A stretch of 64,000 bases of DNA, taken from NCBI GenBank assembly GCA_019828565.1, contig JAHDYR010000064.1:601062-665061 (forward strand), in the 5' to 3' direction. Under the pieces are notes generated by a model that was not told the DNA's origin, did not search any database, and worked only from the letters and a program-made list of their open reading frames with translations. Origin of the DNA: Carpediemonas membranifera BICM. Taxonomy: Eukaryota > Protista > Fornicata. This document shows, one piece after another, positions 50,738 to 63,100 of the stretch (its first letter is position 1; each line of letters begins with the position of its first letter). Both the position numbers and the translations under genes were made by a program.

Positions 50738-52226
50738 ATGTCACAAGAGCAAGCAAGAAGCGAAACAAGCCAGGATACATGGCACCTATCGTCCGACGCT
50801 CAGCCCGTCTCTGGTCCAGGTCAACGGACACACGTGGTTGGCTCAATGAGTCGAGCGTGGAAAGAGTGGGAGGCCATGGGGGCCAGCACGAGTGTCGTGG
50901 ACTTACTCCGGCAGGGAGTCCCAGTACAGGACGGGCAGACGACGAACTCGTCGCCCAACGGGTCACAGGGCCCGATCACAGACACAATCAACGAGCTAAT
51001 GGAGCTGCAAGCAGTGGAGCAGTGTGCACCGACAGAGGTAGCGCAAGTCTGCCCAATCTTCATGACGCTGAAGAAGAACCACATAGACTGGCGCCTCATC
51101 CACGACCTGAGGCCGGTGAACTGGTACCAGACAACCAGGCGATTCCGACTGAAGGGATTGACCGAGATAGCGAATGCACTGACCAAGGGGGCGTGGCTCG
51201 CCAGCGTGGACCTGAAGAGCGGATATTACCAAGTCCTGGTCGAACAGACGGGTCGGAAATGGCTAGGCTTCCAGCACGAAGGGAACACGTACCGCTGGAA
51301 CGCGCTTCCTTTCGGCCTCAACACGGCCCCGGAAGCATTTCAATCGATCACGGCGCAGGCGGCGAAGATCATCCGCCGAGAGCTCTCTCACAGTGTTCGT
51401 CTACCTAGACGACCTGTTGTTCGCCGACCCATCACAGCAAGAGCTAGCACGAAAGATGCCCGAAGTCCTGAAGATAATGGAGCGGCTAGGAATGATAATC
51501 TCGAGAAACAAGTGCGTTCTTACACCGACACGACGAATCGAGTACCTGGGAATAGTTATCGATACGCGCAAGAACACAATGTCTCTTCCGAACGACAAGC
51601 GCGTGGAGCTGAGAAGAATGATCGATCAGGTGCTCAAAGAACGAAGAACAACGAAGATAGAACTCCAGCGACTCATTGGCAAACTCCTTTTCGCCAGATT
51701 CGCAGTAGGAGCAAGAACGCTTCCTCGACTGAGAGAACTCCAGTTAATGGTGACTGCGCCGAGTCAGCGATTTACGAGAGCCTCCATGCCCCGAGACGCC
51801 CGCACAGACCTCAGATGGTGGGCGCGTGTGATCGCGACAGACCCGCAGTACGCAATGCAGGGGTCACCGCGACCGGAGATCAGGGTCGAGACAGACGCCT
51901 CGGACGTAGCTTACGGCGCGACAATATGGACAGACAGCGAGAGGATGGAGATCCAGGGCCGGTTCAAGCAGTCATTCATACACAAGTCGATCAACTGCAA
52001 AGAGACGAGGGCCATAACCACGGCGCTGCGACACTGGGCACATGTGATCCGAGACAGAGATGTCCTGATCGCGGGAGACAACACCTCGTCACTCGCGTGG
52101 GTTGCGAAGAGTTCGACGAAGGCCCCAGCCCACATTCGCCGGGAGATCGCCGACCTACACGACTTCCTGCATGCCAACGGTTGCCGCTTGAGAGTCAAAC
52201 ATATCGCAGGTGTATTCAACACAACG
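50738..52226 (+). CDS. DIRS-type RT and RNase H (frameshift near 51385; interrupted by a LINE)
   Basis: RLIHDLR, VDLKSGYYQ, LPFGLNTAP, VYLDD, YLG, TDAS, INCKE, GDN, HIAGVFN. Confidence 0.92.
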
Positions 52227-52278
52227 TAGGTTCTTCGACAACGGCCTGGAGGAAAAGGCGAGGCGGATTAGCACCAGG

Positions 52279-53010
52279 ATGGTGGGCAGGCACTTCGGCC
52301 AGGACGCGGATCAAGGACATCACGACCAGCATGGAGACAGGGAAGAGGACAGAAGGGTAGGACACGGAGCCGGCGGTAGAGCTGGTGTCAGAGCTGACGA
52401 CAGAACCGGCGACAGAGCTGGTAACATGAACAGGACCTCGGATCGTAACCACGGAGGAGACGACAGGGAGAGACAGGACAACACGGGAACGCAGATGAGA
52501 GGCTCGTTCAGCGGGAACACCTGGGCCGGTAGAGGCTCAGAGGGAGGCATGGACAACAGCAAGGATCACTCTTCCTCCACGACGCTCAAGCGCAAGGAGG
52601 GCAGCACGAGTAGGATCATGGACTCGGACAGCGGAAAGAGAAGCAGGCACGAAGAGGACACGGACTGGGAGTCTGGAAGCAGACAGGCAACCGGCATGGA
52701 CTCGGAGAAGCTGCGGCTCCGAAAGCAGTTGGCAGAGGCGCAACAAGAGATCTCAGCGCTCAAGGCTGCCCGACTCATGCAAGAGCAAGGCCACGGAAGG
52801 TTGGTGCTCTCCGGCGTCGCGACTAAGCCCAGCAAGGAGAAGCCCACGATCCCCCGGCACAAGCACAAGAAGGCTAAGAAGGCCAAGCAGATCTCACCCA
52901 TGGACCTGATGACCCAGTTCATCATGGTAATGCAGAGTCTACAAGGACAGCAAGTGAGTCAGACCGAGGACAGCTGCAGCGGCAGTGGGGAGTCCACGGA
53001 GGAGGAGTAA
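52279..53010 (+). CDS. LINE ORF1 (charged low-complexity region plus coiled coil)
   Basis: Lies upstream of ORF2; coiled coil SEKLRLRKQLAEAQQEISALKAA. Confidence 0.65.
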   Translation: MVGRHFGQDADQGHHDQHGDREEDRRVGHGAGGRAGVRADDRTGDRAGNMNRTSDRNHGGDDRERQDNTGTQMRGSFSGNTWAGRGSEGGMDNSKDHSSSTTLKRKEGSTSRIMDSDSGKRSRHEEDTDWESGSRQATGMDSEKLRLRKQLAEAQQEISALKAARLMQEQGHGRLVLSGVATKPSKEKPTIPRHKHKKAKKAKQISPMDLMTQFIMVMQSLQGQQVSQTEDSCSGSGESTEEE

Positions 53011-53341
53011 GGACATGGTAAAGCAGTATTCTTTCAAGGAACAAGCAACATTTTCTTTATAATTCACAAGCCCTGGCTCCCACCCAGGGCCCGGCATTAG
53101 CTGAAATGCACTGCCGGTAGGCTGTAGCGGCAGCCAAAGGGGGGTCACGTCATATCGTCCCCCTCCTAAGTACCCTGCCCGAAGAATGGAAGGTCACCAG
53201 GTGGTAACAAGGTTGGCCTGACAAGGGTCACCGAGACCGGCATCTAGGCCCCTTGTTAGGACAAGGATAGCAGGAGAGGAGCGGGAAGCTGGGGCTCCCA
53301 AATTCTGGGAATTCGCAGGATAAGGAAACAGGACAAAGGCA

Positions 53342-56300
53342 ATGGTAACCTACAAGATACTTAGTCTGAACACAGAGGGACACATAGGAAGAGGAAAGGA
53401 CTTCACGGCGTCTATGGCAACGGCGATTCAGCTAAGGTTGAAGGACATAGAGGCAGTACTCATACAAGAGACATGGAGAACGGCGAATACGAGGGTTCAT
53501 TGCTTCATGGACCTTGACTACGCACTAGCAGGGAGGGAGACGGAAGAGGACCTGGTCTTAGCCAACGAAAAACGAAAGGCGGATGTCAAAAGTCAGCACC
53601 GCATCAACCGACAACTAGGCATAGCAGGCAATGACGAACCTGCGCCAAGATGGAAGGGAACAAGGGAAGGCATCGGCACGATAGTGAGCCCACACGCAAC
53701 TGCAAAGTGGGACATCGGCATAACGGACAGCCTATCGGGAAGAGTGCAAGCCAGCATAATGAGAACCGGCAGGGACATACTAGTCATCAACGTGTATGGC
53801 CCTCCATCCGGCCACAGCAAGCAGGAGAAGGATGGATTCAGGGACACTATACAGAAGATCATGGACATGAAAGGGAGCATGGAGGCCATAATTATGGGAG
53901 ACTGGAACATCGACCCAGGCCAGATGGAAAGATCCACCCGGTGGAAGGATATGATGGAGAAGCACAGGCTCAAAGCCATCATACCCAAGTCTGGGACGCT
54001 CACATCAGGAACATCAACCCCGGACTTTGCAGTGACAACACCAGGAATCCAGGGGGCGGAGATTGAGGTGGTAGAGTCTCAGAAGGTCGGGGTATGGGGC
54101 TCAGCACACAATGGAATCACACTAGCATGGAAGGAACAACGGTACTATGGCAGAAGTGAGCGAGACGTGGCTCTGGCCATACCCGAGGTGCACACCTGGC
54201 CCATGAAAAGAAGGAGGGGCCAGTCACAGTCTCAAAGCTGAACAGGATCAAGAGCTCGGACCAATGGGAAGAGACTATAAGAGCATGCATGGGCGACCCA
54301 GTGAACAACAGGGGAGCAAAGGCAAGGGACAAAGTGTTCGGGAACGGAGTGTGGAGCGAACTCCAGCGAACCCCATGGACAGAAATAGGCAACAGGACCA
54401 GGAAGGAAAGGATGAAAGAGGAGCTGGAGAAATACTGGGGAGAGCGCAGGGCCAAATGGGTGGCCGACATCAGCAGAAGTGCAAAGGGGGGTATAGGGCC
54501 TCAAGGGCCTCAGTGGAAGCTGCCATCAGAAGGTGGTGGTGTGACAACCAATACAAGGGAATGCCGGAGAGCCTCCTCAAGGACGGAGTGATAACCACGG
54601 ACAAGGCGGCCATCAGCGAGATCCTCTTGCAACAGTATGCTAGAGTCAGCAGAGGCAGGGAACCCACCTGGAAGACATGGAGGGGCAGGGACGGAAATGA
54701 GTTCAAGGAAAGCGAGGTCAAAGCCGCAATCAAAAGGATCAGGAGGGACACCGCACCAGGGCCTGACCTCACATCTGGAGACATGCTGAGAGAGCTGGAT
54801 GAGAAAGGCCTTAGGGAAGTGACGAGGCTCATCAACAGGGTCTACAGGGAGGGCGACGTACCCAAAGCATGGAAGTATGCCACAGTGTCGGCCATACACA
54901 AGACAGGGAAGCCAAGGGTCAAGCCGGAATCATATAGACCAATATCCTTGACACCACTGCTGTACAGGGTCTATGGTAGATTGCTCAAGATACGTCTGGA
55001 AGCAGCAACGAAAAGGTTCATACCAAGAGAACAGGCTGGTTTCCAGTCAGACAGGGACGTCATCCAGCAGATACAGTACATTGTGCAGCGGCACCAGGAG
55101 GGGGTGAGACCACGTCAATCTTTCTGGACATCGAGAAGGCATATGACACGGTACCAAGGGACATTCTCATGGATAAGCTACAGGGTATGGGGGTGGAGGA
55201 GCACTTGATCAGGGCAATTCAAGGCACAATAAAGGAAACCTGGATATCAGTCAAGGGGGCAAAGGCATGGGAAAGAACCAACAGGGGAGTTAAGCAAGGG
55301 TGCGTCCTGGCACCGACACTGTTTGTGCTGTTCATGGCTAACTGGCCCCACCTGGCCAGAAAGAAAATCAAGGGAGAACGGTACGACATCAGAGAACCGC
55401 CAAGGACCACGAGCCACCTCAGCGACCGACTACCGGCAGCACTTACCATGTTTGTGGATGACACTGCGGTCACAGGGAGCAAACCGGAGCATAGCCAGAT
55501 GGTCGCCAACATAATGGTAGACATAATCAAAGAGCATGAAATGAGGGTGAACGCCCAGAAGAATGTAATGATTAGCGTGGACAGAACAGCCCTAGTCAGG
55601 ATCGAGGGGGTAACACTACTGCCAGAGAAGGAGGCGAGATACCTGGGATTATGGATCGCAAGTGGGAAGGACCCTATGTCGGCCTGCATAAGGCGGAAAC
55701 AGGAGCAGAGCGAAAGGTACAAGAGACTGGTGAGATGGGCAGGGTGGACCAGGGCAAACATGCCAGCACTAGCAAGCAGGCTACTACTGGAAATATATAT
55801 ATGGCCCAGGATCCTCTTCGGAGTCGAGGTGTGGGGGAACGCACCGGGAGGTAGAAGGATCTGGAATGACTGGCAGGGAATCATGGCAGGAACAGGACCG
55901 GGAGGGGGCGCAGCCATGAGGCTGATGAATGGATGGGTGGACCTCCAGGCACACATGGAATGGCTGGCAGTCAAAAGGATAGTCAACTACAGGGACCAGG
56001 ATATACCAGTCAGAAACAGAGAATGGGGGCGGGGCACGGTTATGTGGGAAGCTAGGAGAGAGTGCAGCATCTACTGGAGGGCACCAGAGAGGGAGCCCCT
56101 AAACCAGCGCTACTGGATTATGGCATGGAAACGATCAGGAGGGGGTGGATGAAGCGGTGCAAAAGCCGTAAGGCACTAGGACTAATGGAAATCATGGGGA
56201 CAAGGAAATTAAGCAAGTGTCTGCAAGGTAAGCCTACGGTAGACCGAAAGGCTGGGAAGGGGCAAAGCAGGGCGGAATGGAAGAGAATTGTATCCATTGC

Positions 56301-56782
56301 AGCCAATGTCAGCCCATCCCCATCGTCGGCAGAGAGAGGGGAGGGCCCTATGAGAGCCATCACAGAGCTGGCCCAAGGCGCTGACCTGAAGAGAGAAATT
56401 AGCAGACTATGCCCCCTATGCTCGGAGGAGTCGGAGGTGAGCCTGTTCTACAGGATCATTAGGGAAAAGCCAGGACCAGCAAGGAAGCAGGAAATGATCA
56501 GGGGAGTGGGCAGAGGGCCAGAGGCTAGGATCGGCAGCGCACATAATCTGTGAATGCCCGGCAGTAGACAGGGGAGAAGCTTGGACAAAGCTGTGGACAG
56601 CAGCGAAGCACAAAACTAAGGACTTGGAAGTAAGGCAGGGCCCCCAGGGCGAATGGTACCAGGAAAGACCCATCCTAGAATTACAGCAACTAATAATATG
56701 GGGCTCGGAGGACATTTGGGAAGGCCTCACGGCAGGACTACGGGAACTGGCAAAGGTTTACAACAGCTTCAAGGTGGAATAG
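53342..56782 (+). CDS. LINE ORF2: AP endonuclease, RT and C-terminal Cys/His motif (several frameshifts)
   Basis: SLNTEG, IQET, NVYGP, GDWN, SAH; APGPD, YRPISL, QAGF, FLDIEKAYD, GVKQGCVLAP, FVDD, YLG; CPLC...HIICEC. Confidence 0.92.
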
Positions 56783-57770
56783 AAGCATGTCATGAACCCC
56801 TGACTCCAGGACCGGGAAGGGATGGACAAGGAATCAGCCATGGACCACCCTCGCTGGGTGCTAAGCTCCTGGGATCAGTGAGGAAAGGCCCCACGTATCC
56901 CGGTAGCCAGGAACCAAAGCAAGGGAAGGAACGACTGCAAGGAAAGAACAGGAAGGACAGACCAGAAATAAGAAAGAAAGGACATGCGACAAGGACAGAG
57001 CAAGGATAAGGTCAAGGAAATCCATATTCATATGGTTGCACCACTCGTTGGGACCCCAAGGAAACTGCAGGGACTGGCCACGGGGGTCGGAGGGGCACAG
57101 GTGCCCCTGCCGCCCTTGTTAACGACATGGGAAACCAAGGACATGTAGTGCAAGCGAAATGTTGTAAGGGGTAACAGGACAACCAGGCCTAGTGCCTGGG
57201 GGTACACCACCCATGCCCTGACCCACGCCACCTAACCGGGGTAGACAGCATGGACTTAGTCACTTTCCCCGCCTTCGGGTAGGCTTCTTAACAGAGTCGA
57301 GGGGGCATGGAATTGGGGAACCGGACAGACGAGAGGGTGCCGTGGCTGAACGGCTCTACAAGGACTGCAGGGAAGCAAGGAGTGTCATAGTCAAGGTTCT
57401 GCAGGACGATCCTGCCTGTCAATGCCCCGAGGACAGACCCCCAGGCTCCCCGGATAGTTGCCGGACTTTCAGGGAGACAGGAAAGCATATTTGCACGGAG
57501 ATGGCCGCAGGGCCTCTGGGGCGATTGGAATCGGCTTTCCGCGGAGACAGTAGCACCGAAAGCCCAAGGCAAACGCTGCTGACCAGTTTGCCACGGGAAA
57601 TAGGCAGTACCCCGGGGCACTCAGTTCCAAGACAACGGGAAACAAGCTCAGTCCGGGGTCAGAATCCAAGCACCATAAATTTCTTTCTTTCTCTCTCTGT
57701 GCTGCTCTCCGCAGCATGCGCTCGCCGCGCATCCGGGCACGGATGCCCGCGCGTGGGGACAGTGGTCCGA

Positions 57771-58122
57771 CCGACTTGCAGTCGACTACGGTCGAAGTCT
57801 CCAATTGATTAGATCAAATTTATACCCGAGATTGATGGGAAACATGCTCTGACCTCCAGGCTCTCCAGTGTCACGGGGGGCTGTGCGTCGCCCATCTTCT
57901 CGGAACTACCGGGGAATGGGGTTTTAACCCCTTGGTAAAATTGGTCTGAACTGGACCGTAGATTTGATTCGAATATTTGGTCAATATTCGATCTCTCGAA
58001 TATTTGTACCAGATGGCCGGTAGTCCATCTGGGCCTGTACCACGCCCCGAGGCGTACTTACGCATCGCGTCTACGACGGTATGCCGACTTGCAGTCGACT
58101 ACGGTCGAAGTCTCCAATTGAT
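57771..58122 (-). repeat. Split direct repeat terminus B1(39 bp)-A2(232 bp)-spacer-B2(39 bp)
   Basis: The B copies are identical; A2 matches the element's 5' end at 35982-36215. Confidence 0.92.
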
Positions 58123-60156
58123 GTATCCCGCCATCATATAATAAAAATTTTCTCTTCAGAAATTATTTCTCTGGTCTCCTGTGCCTCCAAGCATGCCATT
58201 GATGCCCATCTCTCAGGCACATATTTTCACAGCCTGAGTCATTCTTTGTGCGCGGTTTTGGCCATTTCCATTCGCCGGCATTTTCTCACTCTCTCCGGCC
58301 AATTCTTCGATAGTCTTCGATATATCGATCTTATTAACCATTAGTGACAATCTGCTGCGGTTTCTCCTTTCTCCCGCCTTCTCTTCTGCTCTCTATCATA
58401 TCTTTAACTCTTACATGGCCTATTGTACAGTCTAATGGGGCCTTATGCAATCATATTCTATGTATTATCCGTCTTTCTCGTCCTTCTACACCCAAGCGCT
58501 CGTGGAGAGGCGCACGGCTTCACTGACGTAGGTCTGCATCGAGTCGAGCTGTTTCCAGCCCCCGATTGCTTGGATCACTGCTGGGGCTACACCTAGCTTC
58601 ATCATGTGGACTGCGCCTCCTCTCCGGAATGAGTGGCCCGACGCGCGCAGCACCTCCTCTAGGTCCATGGACATCTCCCATCTTCTCCAAGGGTGGTCTC
58701 TGTTCATCAGGGAGGACCTGTTGTCCTTGATCAGCGCGTCCCTGGCCTCGAATGAGCGCCACAGGGGTCCTTCATCTGGGAGGTTTTCCATATGTCTCGC
58801 AAGCCAGTCTGCCGGGTTGTCGTCTCCGGGGACGTTAGGGACCAGCTTTAGCATGGGTTCATCCGATGTCTTGGGCGTCGTATGGTGATGGTGATGTCCC
58901 TGCCGTGTCGTTCGACGTCTGATGTTGAGAGCCCCCGTATCTCCCCCGACCGAGATATTGTCGCGAACCCGACCAGCCCGAAAGCTATTGCTTGAGTCAA
59001 TGCTGGTGTGGCGCTCTTGCCTGCTTGCACCGCGGCCTGTGACAGGGTCTCCCTGGCTATTGGCCATGCTTTCCCCTGTTCGACGCTGGCTTGACGTTGG
59101 GCACCTTCCAGCCAATCTGCCACAAGCCTTGATCAGGGCCCGGTGGAGTGGTGGGCATTCTATGGGTTCGCCCAATGCGGTCATTCCATCTCTGATGTTT
59201 GCCTCCTTCGTTAGCAGTGAGTCTTTGGCGAGGAAGGGCACCTCCCCTATAATGAACCATAGCAGTGTGTCGTCATCATCCCCCGCGATTGCCACCTCCT
59301 CGAACTCTTGCACCCACTTCTGGTCATGGATTTTCTCGTGGGCTTGTCGTACGATCTCCCATGCAGCTTCCCGTGGGGTTGGTGCCGGGTCGTCATTTTG
59401 TCCGAGGTAGGCCTCGAAGTCCGAGTCATCTGGTTCTCTGGTCATGTTGCGGAAGAATGTGAACTTTGCGGTCTCTGTTGCAATTCGATCACGCGTCACC
59501 TTCTCGAGGCGGAGCAGGAGCGGGCTGGACGCGACCTTTCTCTCGACGTCCTCGTTCTTAGGACGGCTAGCCCGGGACCATATTATCTGCGTTCTGGTTC
59601 TGTCGGGTGTCACGCCTGCGGCTCTTAGTGCTCGGTGTCGCGCTTGCACTGCTGATGCTGATAGGAAGATTCCGAGGCTGACGTCATCACCGGGACCCAG
59701 TACGCCCTGAAGGGAATGTGTGTCTTGCTCTCGAACAGTACCGCCAACTCCGTGTCTGCCCACCAGTGGGCTGGTAGCGATGCGTTGACTGTCTCCTGTG
59801 CGACTCGGATAAGGCGCAAGTCGATGTTCGTCTGCCTGACTGGGGCGATAACTAGGATTCCTGACTGTTGTTGACTGGGATGTCTCTCTTCTCGTTGGTC
59901 TACGATTGCCTCCAGTCGTTCGGCCACTCGGTCGAGCATGGCCACCGGGGGGACCGCCACTGACCGGCACTCTGTCCAGTTCGCTGTGAACGCGTCTCTG
60001 CAGTAGTCGTAGTCCTGGGGTAAGAACCTTTCGGCCGCGAACAGCGCTCGGTCCACTGCTCCCCACCTCTCTATCGCAGCTGCCAGCAGGGCCGCTGGCA
60101 TGGCCCAATCGAGCTTCTTGTACCTCGACAGAGCATCGGCCGTTGTGTTGAATACA
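57771..60156 (-). mobile_element. YR element copy 2, 3' half, inverted: RNase H end, Dam-MTase-like domain, YR, B1-A2-spacer-B2
   Basis: ADALSR..DW..WG.VD.LFA..DAF..W..VPP; YR ends at 58486; B1 58084-58122, A2 57853-58084, B2 57771-57809. Confidence 0.92.
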
Positions 60157-63100
60157 GAAAGAAAGAAATTTATGGTGCTTGGATTCTGACCCCGGACTGA
60201 GCTTGTTTCCCGTTGTCTTGGAACTGAGTGCCCCGGGGTACTGCCTATTTCCCGTGGCAAACTGGTCAGCAGCGTTTGCCTTGGGCTTTCGGTGCTACTG
60301 TCTCCGCGGAAAGCCGATTCCAATCGCCCCAGAGGCCCTGCGGCCATCTCCGTGCAAATATGCTTTCCTGTCTCCCTGAAAGTCCGGCAACTATCCGGGG
60401 AGCCTGGGGGTCTGTCCTCGGGGCGTTGACAGGCAGGATCGTCCTGCAGAACCTTGACTATGACACTCCTTGCTTCCCTGCAGTCCTTGTAGAGCCGTTC
60501 AGCCACGGCACCCTCTCGTCTGTCCGGTTCCCCAATTCCATGCCCCCTCGACTCTGTTAAGAAGCCTACCCGAAGGCGGGGAAAGTGACTAAGTCCATGC
60601 TGTCTACCCCGGTTAGGTGGCGTGGGTCAGGGCATGGGTGGTGTACCCCCAGGCACTAGGCCTGGTTGTCCTGTTACCCCTTACAACATTTCGCTTGCAC
60701 TACATGTCCTTGGTTTCCCATGTCGTTAACAAGGGCGGCAGGGGCACCTGTGCCCCTCCGACCCCCGTGGCCAGTCCCTGCAGTTTCCTTGGGGTCCCAA
60801 CGAGTGGTGCAACCATATGAATATGGATTTCCTTGACCTTATCCTTGCTCTGTCCTTGTCGCATGTCCTTTCTTTCTTATTTCTGGTCTGTCCTTCCTGT
60901 TCTTTCCTTGCAGTCGTTCCTTCCCTTGCTTTGGTTCCTGGCTACCGGGATACGTGGGGCCTTTCCTCACTGATCCCAGGAGCTTAGCACCAGCGAGGGT
61001 GGTCCATGGCTGATTCCTTGTCCATCCCTTCCCGGTCCTGGAGTCAGGGGTTCATGACATGCTTCTATTCCACCTTGAAGCTGTTGTAAACCTTTGCCAG
61101 TTCCCGTAGTCCTGCCGTGAGGCCTTCCCAAATGTCCTCCGAGCCCCATATTATTAGTTGCTGTAATTCTAGGATGGGTCTTTCCTGGTACCATTCGCCC
61201 TGGGGGCCCTGCCTTACTTCCAAGTCCTTAGTTTTGTGCTTCGCTGCTGTCCACAGCTTTGTCCAAGCTTCTCCCCTGTCTACTGCCGGGCATTCACAGA
61301 TTATGTGCGCTGCCGATCCTAGCCTCTGGCCCTCTGCCCACTCCCTGATCATTTCCTGCTTCCTTGCTGGTCCTGGCTTTTCCCTAATGATCCTGTAGAA
61401 CAGGCTCACCTCCGACTCCTCCGAGCATAGGGGGCATAGTCTGCTAATTTCTCTCTTCAGGTCAGCGCCTTGGGCCAGCTCTGTGATGGCTCTCATAGGG
61501 CCCTCCCCCTCTCTCTGCCGACGATGGGGATGGGCTGACATTGGCTGCAATGGATACAATTCTCTTCCATTCCGCCCTGCTTTGCCCCTTCCCAGCCTTT
61601 CGGTCTACCGTAGGCTTACCTTGCAGACACTTGCTTAATTTCCCTTGTCCCCATGATTTCCATTAGTCCTAGTGCCGTACGGCTTTTGCACCGCTTCATC
61701 CACCCCCTCCTGATCGTTTCCATGCCATAATCCAGTAGCGCTGGTTTAGGGGCTCCCTCTCTGGTGCCCTCCAGTAGATGCTGCACTCTCTCCCTAGCTT
61801 CCCACATAACCGTGCCCCGCCCCCATTCTCTGTTTCTGACTGGTATATCCTGGTCCCTGTAGTTGACTATCCTTTTGACTGCCAGCCATTCCATGTGTGC
61901 CTGGAGGTCCACCCATCCATTCATCAGCCTCATGGCTGCGCCCCTCCCGGTCCTGTTCCTGCCATGATTCCCTGCCAGTCATTCCAGATCCTTCTACCTC
62001 CCGGTGCGTTCCCCCACACCTCGACTCCGAAGAGGATCCTGGGCCATATATATATTTCCAGTAGTAGCCTGCTTGCTAGTGCTGGCATGTTTGCCCTGGT
62101 CCACCCTGCCCATCTCACCAGTCTCTTGTACCTTTCGCTCTGCTCCTGTTTCCGCCTTATGCAGGCCGACATAGGGTCCTTCCCACTTGCGATCCATAAT
62201 CCCAGGTATCTCGCCTCCTTCTCTGGCAGTAGTGTTACCCCCTCGATCCTGACTAGGGCTGTTCTGTCCACGCTAATCATTACATTCTTCTGGGCGTTCA
62301 CCCTCATTTCATGCTCTTTGATTATGTCTACCATTATGTTGGCGACCATCTGGCTATGCTCCGGTTTTGCTCCCTGTGACCGCAGTGTCATCCACAAACA
62401 TGGTAAGTGCTGCCGGTAGTCGGTCGCTGAGGTGGCTCGTGGTCCTTGGCGGTTCTCTGATGTCGTACCGTTCTCCCTTGATTTTTCTTTCTGGCCAGGT
62501 GGGGCCAGTTAGCCATGAACAGCACAAACAGTGTCGGTGCCAGGACGCACCCTTGCTTAACTCCCCTGTTGGTTCTTTCCCATGCCTTTGCCCCCTTGAC
62601 TGATATCCAGGTTTCCTTTATTGTGCCTTGAATTGCCCTGATCAAGTGCTCCTCCACCCCCATACCCTGTAGCTTATCCATGAGAATGTCCCTTGGTACC
62701 GTGTCATATGCCTTCTCGATGTCCAGAAAGATTGACGTGGTCTCACCCCCTCCTGGTGCCGCTGCACAATGTACTGTATCTGCTGGATGACGTCCCTGTC
62801 TGACTGGAAACCAGCCTGTTCTCTTGGTATGAACCTTTTTCGTTGCTGCTTCCAGACGTATCTTGAGCAATCTACCATAGACCCTGTACAGCAGTGGTGT
62901 CAAGGATATTGGTCTATATGATTCCGGCTTGACCCTTGGCTTCCCTGTCTTGTGTATGGCCGACACTGTGGCATACTTCCATGCTTTGGGTACGTCGCCC
63001 TCCCTGTAGACCCTGTTGATGAGCCTCGTCACTTCCCTAAGGCCTTTCTCATCCAGCTCTCTCAGCATGTCTCCAGATGTGAGGTCAGGCCCTGGTGCGG

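Larger units (their letters stand above)
48311..52226 (+). mobile_element. YR element tandem junction: copy 1 3' part (MT end, YR, B, A) running into copy 2 5' part (gag, RT, RNase H)
   Basis: 48311-50192 matches the reverse complement of 57853-59732. B 49921-49959 and A 49959-50192 lead into gag instead of spacer-B2. Confidence 0.9.
52227..57692 (+). mobile_element. APE-type non-LTR retrotransposon (LINE), apparently near full length, with ~900-nt 3' UTR and (TTTC)n tail
   Basis: ORF1 plus ORF2 (APE-RT-Cys/His motif). 5' flank TGTATTCAACACAACG is one copy of a TSD. Confidence 0.93.
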
